NCBI GenBank assembly: GCA_036012755.1
Contig: DASCPX010000127.1
Coordinates: forward strand, 78,373 to 142,372
From: Myxococcota bacterium
GTDB lineage: Bacteria; Myxococcota_A; UBA796; CAJQPC01
Direction: 5' to 3'
DNA: 64,000 nucleotides
Positions 57,392-64,000 of this stretch are shown piece by piece. Under the pieces are notes generated by a model that saw nothing but the letters and a program-made list of their open reading frames with translations, had not been told where the DNA came from and did not search any database. The translations under genes and the position numbers were made by a program. The first letter of the stretch is position 1; every line of letters starts with the position of its first letter.

Positions 57392-58242
57392 CGGCGTCTT
57401 TCGATGGCCTCTGCGATGCGGTCGGCGAGCGCTACGGCCACGGCGGCCTCCTTCGCAGGACAGGGGTAGTCCCCCTCGCCGCGAACAGCTGCGAAGAACG
57501 CGGCGTGCATGGCTTCGAGGGCGTCACCCTCTGCCACATCGAGCTTCTCCGGCGACAGCGAGCCCTCACCCCACCGCACCCGGGATCCAGTCCCGCCCTG
57601 AAGGTCCAGGCTCCAGTAGCGGCCCTCGTCCATCAGCCGGAAGCGCCGGCTCGAACCCCGCGAGATGCGGCTCGCCGTGAGCGTGGCCACGCACCCGGTC
57701 GAGGTCTCGAGCCAGACCTCTGCGACGTCGACGCCGGCGGTGACAACTGGGACTCCGACCGCGCGCAGCTCCGTGACCGTCCCACCCGCGAGGTGGAGCA
57801 AGAGGTCCAGGTCGTGGATCATCAGGTCGTGCACGACATCGACGTCCACGCCCCGGGCGCTCGGGGCAGCCAGCCGCTCCACGCGGATGTAGCGGGGCCG
57901 CGTGTCGTCGGGCAGCGCGAGCACTGCCGGGTTGAAGCGCTCCTGGTGGTTGACGCTGCAGGCGCGGTACCGCGCGAGGAGCGCTGCGTCCCGACCCGTC
58001 GAGGCCAGCGGCTTCTCCACGAGGCAGGGGACTCCCCGCTCCAAGAGCGGGATCGCGACCTCTGCGTGGGCGCTCGCCGGAACAGCCACGATGGCCGCGT
58101 CCAGCTCGCGGGGGACCTCTTCCGCGGCAGGCAGCCCTTCGGGCACACCCGCCGGGTCCACGACGACGAGCTCGACGGTGCCGAGCAGCTTCTGGGCGTG
58201 AATGCGACCCATGTGGCCGCAGCCGACGACTGCCACGCGCAT
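57388..58242 (-). CDS. Gfo/Idh/MocA oxidoreductase, GnnA-like
   Basis: GCGHMG, EKP, ERFNP, DVDVVHDLMIHDLD and TASRIS motifs. Lies between lpxA and lpxB. Confidence 0.8.
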   Translation of the reverse strand: MRVAVVGCGHMGRIHAQKLLGTVELVVVDPAGVPEGLPAAEEVPRELDAAIVAVPASAHAEVAIPLLERGVPCLVEKPLASTGRDAALLARYRACSVNHQERFNPAVLALPDDTRPRYIRVERLAAPSARGVDVDVVHDLMIHDLDLLLHLAGGTVTELRAVGVPVVTAGVDVAEVWLETSTGCVATLTASRISRGSSRRFRLMDEGRYWSLDLQGGTGSRVRWGEGSLSPEKLDVAEGDALEAMHAAFFAAVRGEGDYPCPAKEAAVAVALADRIAEAIERRR

Positions 58243-58244
58243 GG

Positions 58245-59039
58245 TCAGCTCTCGCTCCCGGAGCCGGCGGCTCGGCAGACTCCGCGCCCGCTGTTCTCGA
58301 CGAAGCTGGCGAGCTCGACGACCTGGAGGTCATCCGCCCAGGTCTCCCGCACGCGCTCGGCGGCGATGCGCAGCGGCGCCGTACCGCCGAAGAGCTCCCG
58401 GTAGGCCTGGCGGAGGCGGGTGATGACGCCGATGTCGTAGCCCGCGCGCCGGAGCCCGATGATGTTCAGCCCGAAGAGCCGGGCCCGGTCGCCCTGGGCG
58501 ATCGTGAAGGGGGGGACGTCGAGCGCGACCATGGCGCCTGCCCCGACCATCGCGCAGCGCCCGATCCGCGCGTACTGGTGCACCCCCGCCAGGCCACCGA
58601 GGACCGCCCGGTCCTGCACCACGACGTGCCCGCCGATCGCGACGCTGTTGGCGAAGACGCAGTGGTCCCCGACGGTGCAGTCGTGCGCGACGTGGGAGCT
58701 CGCCATGAAGAGGTTGTGGTTGCCGACCCGCGTGATCGCGCCGCCCGCGACCGTTCCGCGGTGGATGGTGGCGTACTCGCGGATGATGTTGCCCTGTCCG
58801 ATCTCGAGAGTCGTGCGCTCACCGCCGTACTTCAAGTCCTGCGGCGGGCCCCCGACACAGGCGAATGGATGGATGCGCGTCCCGGCGCCGATGCTGGTGG
58901 GACCCTCGAGCACGGCGTGGGCGCCGACGGCGACCCCATCCGCGAGCTTCACCTCGGGTCCGATGACGGCGTAGGGACCGACCTCGACGTCACCGAGCTC
59001 GGCGGCGGGATCGACGATCGCTGTGGGATGGATGGCCAT
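58245..59039 (-). CDS. lpxA: UDP-GlcNAc acyltransferase
   Basis: IHPTAIV, PQDLKY, REYATIHRGT, SHVAHDC, VHQ and LNIIGLRR motifs. Confidence 0.95.
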   Translation of the reverse strand: MAIHPTAIVDPAAELGDVEVGPYAVIGPEVKLADGVAVGAHAVLEGPTSIGAGTRIHPFACVGGPPQDLKYGGERTTLEIGQGNIIREYATIHRGTVAGGAITRVGNHNLFMASSHVAHDCTVGDHCVFANSVAIGGHVVVQDRAVLGGLAGVHQYARIGRCAMVGAGAMVALDVPPFTIAQGDRARLFGLNIIGLRRAGYDIGVITRLRQAYRELFGGTAPLRIAAERVRETWADDLQVVELASFVENSGRGVCRAAGSGSES

Positions 59040-59049
59040 GCCCAGACTC

Positions 59050-59940
59050 TTAGACCTCTCCCGCGGGAGTGGCAAGCTCACGGACCAGCGCTGCGCCGAC
59101 GGGATCGTAGAGCCTGATCGGTTCGCTACAGACGAGCACCTGCGTGCCGACGGGCAGCACGCCCGAGTGCCTCTTGCGGCGACCGGGGAGCTCCAGCGTG
59201 TGGGTCGCGCCGGAAGGCTCCAGGAAGAAGAAACCGCCGAGGGTCTCCACCAGCACCCCGGTCTCCAGCGCCCACACTCGCGGCGACTCGCTCAGGCGGG
59301 GAAGGCGGAGGCGCTGCCCTGATCCGACCAGCTCCGGCCCGGGCAGGCCAACGGTCCACAGCACTCCGGCCCTCGAGTCCACCGCAAGGACCTGGAGGGT
59401 GTGCGGCGACGAACTCGGGCTCCAGCTCTTGATGTCGTCCCAGACCCGCAGACCAGCCCGCTGCACCGTGACCAGCCTGCCCTCGTGGAGGCAAGCGTCC
59501 ATGCAAGGGGCGTCGTCGCGACTCGGCTTGCCCTCGATGAGCTCGCCGGCGTGCAGCTCCTGGGGCCTGTCGTGCATCGGATCGGCCAGGAGGATCCTGT
59601 CCCCGAGCCGAAAGACCCGGGCGCGGGCCGAGACGTCGAGGTCCTCTGCGTAGTGGGGCCTGGTGTCGAAGGTCCAGGACTTCCAGCCCAACCGCAACAG
59701 CGTGGAACCGAGCCAGACGGGACGGCCGCTGGCGTCCGGGAGCGCGATCTCGCCACGGTCGTTGACCGCGACGCCGAGGCCCTCTACCGGCGTGGTGGAC
59801 TGGATCTCCCCCGTCGAGAGCGACCAGATCACGGCGCGCTTGGAGAACAGCGCCACCACCACGTCACCGCCTGCCGCGATGGCAGCGGGAAAGAGGGGGT
59901 CGACCAGGCCGAGGGAGCGAACGAAGTCGGACCAGCTCAC
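59050..59940 (-). CDS. Hypothetical protein (beta-propeller-like) inserted between fabZ and lpxA
   Basis: GTGA-coupled to fabZ, beta-strand-rich repeats, no family recognised. Confidence 0.6.
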   Translation of the reverse strand: MSWSDFVRSLGLVDPLFPAAIAAGGDVVVALFSKRAVIWSLSTGEIQSTTPVEGLGVAVNDRGEIALPDASGRPVWLGSTLLRLGWKSWTFDTRPHYAEDLDVSARARVFRLGDRILLADPMHDRPQELHAGELIEGKPSRDDAPCMDACLHEGRLVTVQRAGLRVWDDIKSWSPSSSPHTLQVLAVDSRAGVLWTVGLPGPELVGSGQRLRLPRLSESPRVWALETGVLVETLGGFFFLEPSGATHTLELPGRRKRHSGVLPVGTQVLVCSEPIRLYDPVGAALVRELATPAGEV

Positions 59941-60368
59941 GGAGCCCCGACCGTGGCCATGAGCCGACCGTCGGCGACCTTCTCTCCGTCGACCTCGGCC
60001 CGGCAGCGGAAGGTCCAGATGGCACGCCGCACCGTGTCCTTCTCGACGTGGAGGTAAAGCACGTCACCCGGCCTCACGGGCTTTCGGAAGCGCAGCTTGT
60101 CGAGTCCGAGCAGGTAGACGGATGCCCCGGCGCGATCGGGGTTGGCGGAGAGCGCGACCACCGCGGCGACCTGGGCGAAGGCCTCCGCGATGAGCACCCC
60201 GGGCATGATGGGCCGCTCCGGGAAGTGGCCCTGGAAGTGTGGCTCGTTGACCGAGACGCACTTGACGCCGACCGCGCGCTCACCGGGCACGCACTCGACG
60301 ACCCTGTCGACCATCAGGAAGGGGTAGCGGTGCGGCAGGGTCCGCAGGATGGCGTCGACGTCAATCAC
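59937..60368 (-). CDS. fabZ: 3-hydroxyacyl-ACP dehydratase
   Basis: LPHRYPFLMVDRV, GHFP, MPGVLIAEAFAQ and FRKPVRPGD motifs. Confidence 0.95.
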   Translation of the reverse strand: MIDVDAILRTLPHRYPFLMVDRVVECVPGERAVGVKCVSVNEPHFQGHFPERPIMPGVLIAEAFAQVAAVVALSANPDRAGASVYLLGLDKLRFRKPVRPGDVLYLHVEKDTVRRAIWTFRCRAEVDGEKVADGRLMATVGAP

Positions 60369-61401
60369 CGGCTTCCTCCAGGCGAGCCTCCAGCTCCGTG
60401 ACACGACGCCGCAGTCTACGAAGCTCGCGGTCGATCTCCGGCAGGCTCTCGAGGGTCTTGATCGCGCGCAGCCAGGTGCCGTGCTCGATGGCAGGGACAC
60501 CCGCCAGCCTGGCTCCCGCCGGTGCGTCTCGGGCGACCATCGCATGTCCGGCCGCCGTCACGCCGTCGCCGATCTCGAGGTGTCCCAGGGCTGTCGAGCG
60601 CACCGCCATGGTCACGCCACGACCCAGCGTCGTGCTGCCGCAGATGCAGGTGAGCGCGACGAGGACGCTGTGCTCGCCGATGTCGGCGGCGTGCCCGACC
60701 TGCACGAGGTTGTCGGCCTTCACTCCGCGGCGAACACGGGTGCCGCCGAGGGCCGCTCGGTCCACGCAGCTGTTGGCGCCGAGCTCGACATCGTCCTCGA
60801 CGACGGCCGGCGCCGGCTGGGGGATCTTGAGCAGCCCCTCCCGGGTAGGAGCGAAGCCGAAGCCCTCGCTGCCGACGACGGCTCCCGGATTCAGCCAAAC
60901 CCGATCCCCCAAGACGCACCCGTCCATCACGACCGCACCTGGGAAGAGCCGCACGTCCTCTCCGAGCACGGCGTCCTCGCCGACGTAGGAGCCGGACTGC
61001 AGCCAGGCGCGGCGCCCGATCCTGGCACCCGGACGAACCACCGCGAAGGGCTCGACGACGACGTCCTCGCCGAGCAGGGCACCAGGAGCGACGGATGCGA
61101 GCGGGTCGACACCCGGAGGCGGACGCTTCGGCGGATGGAAGAGCGCCAGCGCCCGAGCAAAGGCGGCGTAGGGGTCGGCGCAGTGAAGGAGCGTGTGGCC
61201 CGGCGCGTCGACGCCCTCTGCGACGAGCACGGCCCCGGCGCGGCTCTCGGCGAGGTGGCGAAAGTACCGGGGGTTTGCGACGAAGGCGAGGTGCTCGGGA
61301 CCCGCCTCCCGGAGGTCTCGAAGATCTACGAGGACGGCGTCGCCGTCACCCCGGACGCGAGCGCCGAGGCGCTCAGCGAGCTCCGCGACCGTGAAGCCCA
61401 T
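60361..61401 (-). CDS. lpxD: UDP-3-O-acyl-glucosamine N-acyltransferase
   Basis: Hexapeptide repeats, GSEGFGF, KIPQ, GANSCVDR and DNLVQVGH motifs. Confidence 0.95.
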   Translation of the reverse strand: MGFTVAELAERLGARVRGDGDAVLVDLRDLREAGPEHLAFVANPRYFRHLAESRAGAVLVAEGVDAPGHTLLHCADPYAAFARALALFHPPKRPPPGVDPLASVAPGALLGEDVVVEPFAVVRPGARIGRRAWLQSGSYVGEDAVLGEDVRLFPGAVVMDGCVLGDRVWLNPGAVVGSEGFGFAPTREGLLKIPQPAPAVVEDDVELGANSCVDRAALGGTRVRRGVKADNLVQVGHAADIGEHSVLVALTCICGSTTLGRGVTMAVRSTALGHLEIGDGVTAAGHAMVARDAPAGARLAGVPAIEHGTWLRAIKTLESLPEIDRELRRLRRRVTELEARLEEAGD

Positions 61402-61404
61402 CGC

Positions 61405-61914
61405 TCAGGGGGCGGACTTCGCGTTGTAGCGCTGGATGACCGTGTCGGTGAGGTCAGCCCCGCTGCTGTAGAGGACCATGCCCTGGCTGACCTCGAGGAT
61501 GAGGTCGTAGGAGCCCTCGCGACCGATGTCCTCGGCCACGGTCTGGAGCCCGCTCATGAGCTGCTCCATCGCGGAGAAGTAGGCGACCTGCATCTCGTAG
61601 TCCGCTTGGGCATAGGCCTGCTGGAACTCGTACTGCTTCTGGGTCAGGCGCTGCTCGTACTCGGCCCGGGCCGTGTCGCTGAGGATGGCCCGCTTGGACT
61701 CGTACTCCTGCGCCAGGGAGTTGAGCTCGGCCTCGAGCTGCTCGATCTTGGCCTTCTCCCCGGCGTACATCGTGTCGAGACGCTGCTGGGCGGCCTTGCC
61801 TTCGTCGATCTCCTGGATGGCGCGGCCGTAGTCGACCGTTCCGATCTTCGCGGCGTCGGCAGGGGCCGACCAGAACACGATGGCGAAGACAACAGCGAGG
61901 ATTCGCGTCAGCAT
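61405..61914 (-). CDS. skp: Skp/OmpH periplasmic chaperone
   Basis: Signal peptide, KIGTVD, coiled coil, YDLILE and DLTDTVI. Sits upstream of lpxD. Confidence 0.9.
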   Translation of the reverse strand: MLTRILAVVFAIVFWSAPADAAKIGTVDYGRAIQEIDEGKAAQQRLDTMYAGEKAKIEQLEAELNSLAQEYESKRAILSDTARAEYEQRLTQKQYEFQQAYAQADYEMQVAYFSAMEQLMSGLQTVAEDIGREGSYDLILEVSQGMVLYSSGADLTDTVIQRYNAKSAP

Positions 61915-62008
61915 TTAGCTCTCGGGGTGCGAGGGGGTTGGGGGATAACACGGGTGGGAACCCATACTGGACGGGGTCCGTTCCTCTCGCACCGGTTAGC
62001 GCGCGGGG

Positions 62009-63094
62009 GTGCTGGCCGCCGCCCTCCTCGTCATCGCTGGCTTTGCCGCCCTCTACCAGGGTGGAAACGCGCTGCTCAGCGGCGCCAGCGGTCTCGCCCG
62101 AGCCCTGGGCATCTCTCCCCTGGTCGTCGGACTCACCGTCGTTGCCTTCGCGACCTCCGCGCCGGAGCTGTCCGTCAGCGTGATGGCGGCCGTCGACGGG
62201 AGCCCCGACATCGCCGTCGGAAACGTGCTCGGCTCGAACATCTTCAACACGCTCGTGGCGATCGGAGCGGTCGCGGCGTTGAGGCCGATTGTGATCGACG
62301 CGCCACTGTTCCGGCGGGAGATCCCCCTCTGCATCGTTGCCACCCTGATGGCCGGAGGGCTCGCCTGGACCGGCGGAGTGCTCCAACGGGCCGAGGGCGG
62401 GGTCCTCGTCGCAGTGCTGGTGTCCTACCTCCTGTTCGTGGTCGTACAGGCACGCTCGGACCCGGCCCCGGACAAGGCGGAAGACGGGGAGCCCGAGGCC
62501 GAGCGAGACACCAAGGCGGCCGGCATCGCCATCGTGGGCTCGCTCGCGGCCGACTTCACCGCCTTCGGGCTGCCCATCGCCAGCGCGCTGACCGCGGTGA
62601 ACGCCCACTTCCACTCCCGCAAGGGGACGGTCACAGTGCGGGTCCTGGCGGTCGTCTTCGGTCTCGGGCTCCTGGTCTTCGGCAGCGAGGCGCTCGTCAA
62701 CGGTGCGCGGACGCTCGCGCTGGCCGCGGGGATCTCGGAGGCCACCGTCGGGCTCACGGTCGTCGCGATCGGCACTTCCGCGCCGGAGCTGGCGACCGCG
62801 CTGGCAGCCGCCAAGCGCGGACAGAATGCGATCGGGGTCGGAAACGCGCTCGGGAGCAATCTCTTCAACGTGTTGGGCGTGCTCGGAATCGCGGCGCTGA
62901 TCCACCCGGTCACCGTCGCTCCCGGCTTTCTGAGTGTCGACCTGTGGGTGGCACTGGCCGCCGTAGCGGTCCTCTTGCCCTTCGCCTTGCGTGGCGGCCG
63001 GGTCGGGCGCGCCGCCGGCGCGAGCATGTGCCTGGCGTGGATTGTCTACACGACTTGGCTCATCGCACGCGACGCGGGGACGGTCGTGGGTTGA
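62009..63094 (+). CDS. Calcium/sodium antiporter (YrbG/NCKX family)
   Basis: Two alpha repeats: GLTVVAFATSAPE...GNVLGSN and GLTVVAIGTSAPE...GNALGSN. Confidence 0.92.
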   Translation: MLAAALLVIAGFAALYQGGNALLSGASGLARALGISPLVVGLTVVAFATSAPELSVSVMAAVDGSPDIAVGNVLGSNIFNTLVAIGAVAALRPIVIDAPLFRREIPLCIVATLMAGGLAWTGGVLQRAEGGVLVAVLVSYLLFVVVQARSDPAPDKAEDGEPEAERDTKAAGIAIVGSLAADFTAFGLPIASALTAVNAHFHSRKGTVTVRVLAVVFGLGLLVFGSEALVNGARTLALAAGISEATVGLTVVAIGTSAPELATALAAAKRGQNAIGVGNALGSNLFNVLGVLGIAALIHPVTVAPGFLSVDLWVALAAVAVLLPFALRGGRVGRAAGASMCLAWIVYTTWLIARDAGTVVG

Positions 63095-63154
63095 TTCTTG
63101 GCCGTCCTAGTGCTTTCCTGACCCCTTCCCACGGCACGGTTTCCAGGAGACGTC

Positions 63155-64000
63155 ATGCAGGCAAGCATGTTGTTCGCACTCGCTCTGATCGCTTGCGGAG
63201 ACAAAGACACGACCGACGACAGCGCCGAGCCGATCGTCACCGACGAGGACGGCGACGGTTACGACGGCCTCGATCACGGTGGAGATGACTGCGACGACAC
63301 GAACGCGTACATCAACCCTGGCGCCACAGAGGTCTGCGACACCCTCGACAACGACTGCGACGGCACCGTCGACAACGACGACGCGACCGACGCCACCACC
63401 TACTACTACGACGGAGACGGAGACGGCGTCGGCGTCGATGACGACACCACGACTGCCTGCTCGCTGCCCTCCGGCTACAGCGAGACCTACGGGGACTGCG
63501 ACGACACGCAGCCCGACGCCTACCCCGGAAACACAGAGGTCTGCGACGGGATCGACAACAACTGCAACTCCTCGATCGACGAAGCGAGCGCGGAGGACGC
63601 GGAGACCTGGTACCCGGACAACGACGGCGACACCTACGGCGACACGGACTACCCGGCCGTGGCCTGCGACGCCCCCGGCGGGTACGTCGCGGACGGCACC
63701 GACTGCAACGACACCCGCAGCGACATCAACGTCGATGGAACCGAGATCTGCGACTCGCTGGACAACGACTGCGACGGCACCGTGGACGAGGACGACGCCA
63801 CCGACGCCTCGATCTGGTACGAGGACGCCGACGCCGATGGCTACGGCACGGCCTACTGGGACGTCGGTGACACAGGCGACACGGGCTGGGACACAGGCGA
63901 CACGGGCTGGGACACAGGCGACACGGGCTGGGACACGGGCGACACAGGCTGGGACACAGGCTGGGACACAGGCTGGGACACAGGCTGGGACACAGGCTGG
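63155..64000 (+). CDS. Lipoprotein with MopE-related putative metal-binding repeats; runs off the window end
   Basis: AGGAG SD, MQASMLFALALIAC lipobox and three units of DC(D/N)D...E(V/I)CDxxDNxCxxxxD(E). No stop before 64000. Confidence 0.85.
   Translation, partial: MQASMLFALALIACGDKDTTDDSAEPIVTDEDGDGYDGLDHGGDDCDDTNAYINPGATEVCDTLDNDCDGTVDNDDATDATTYYYDGDGDGVGVDDDTTTACSLPSGYSETYGDCDDTQPDAYPGNTEVCDGIDNNCNSSIDEASAEDAETWYPDNDGDTYGDTDYPAVACDAPGGYVADGTDCNDTRSDINVDGTEICDSLDNDCDGTVDEDDATDASIWYEDADADGYGTAYWDVGDTGDTGWDTGDTGWDTGDTGWDTGDTGWDTGWDTGWDTGWDTGW
63869..64000 (+). repeat. Coding tandem repeat: 4 x 21 bp (DTGDTGW) then at least 4 x 12 bp GACACAGGCTGG (DTGW)
   Basis: Units start at 63869, 63890, 63911 and 63932, then 63953, 63965, 63977 and 63989. 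In frame with the ORF. Confidence 0.92.

Noticed and set aside
60349..63288. 979-aa plus-strand ORF and many other long overlapping ORFs (e.g. 51093-53339, 31814-33883, 15338-17170)
   Set aside because: Antisense or off-frame shadows of motif-bearing genes, expected at high GC. They are Arg/Pro/Ala-rich with no recognisable domains.
63869..64000. Possible CRISPR array
   Set aside because: Units are directly adjacent with no unique spacers, they are in-frame coding sequence, and there are no cas genes.

Overview
GC-rich (roughly 70% by eye), densely packed bacterial core-genome window, most consistent with a Myxococcota-type organism (MYXO-CTERM-like tails, MopE-type Cys/Asp repeats, a CglD-like integrin-type adhesin, an Hsp70 paralogue). 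I found no rRNA, tRNA, CRISPR array, prophage or transposase. Contents: tandem CNNM/CorC genes, an IolM-like dehydrogenase, Hsp70, TrmJ, a CASTOR/POLLUX-type channel followed by two frameshifted cNMP-binding genes, cysH and an N-terminal cysG, many lipoproteins, a tetraheme cytochrome c, NrnA, a DEAD-box helicase, an acyl-CoA carboxylase trio, DUF2339/DUF3999, Lgt and a ~13 kb lipid A superoperon. Best leads: (1) an unannotated 17-aa leader with four consecutive TGT (Cys) codons plus an SD-sequestering hairpin in front of cysH, a candidate cysteine-sensing attenuator; (2) a 1220-aa YoaC-like kinase/YoaD-like dehydrogenase/SCP2/class II aldolase fusion; (3) a Tpt1/KptA NAD-lobe fused to a Nudix hydrolase; (4) the channel plus cNMP-binding cassette; (5) recurrent leaderless-type promoters, 8-10 aa lipoprotein signals and CTGA stop/start overlaps. 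All family calls come from recognising motifs by eye, not from database searches.
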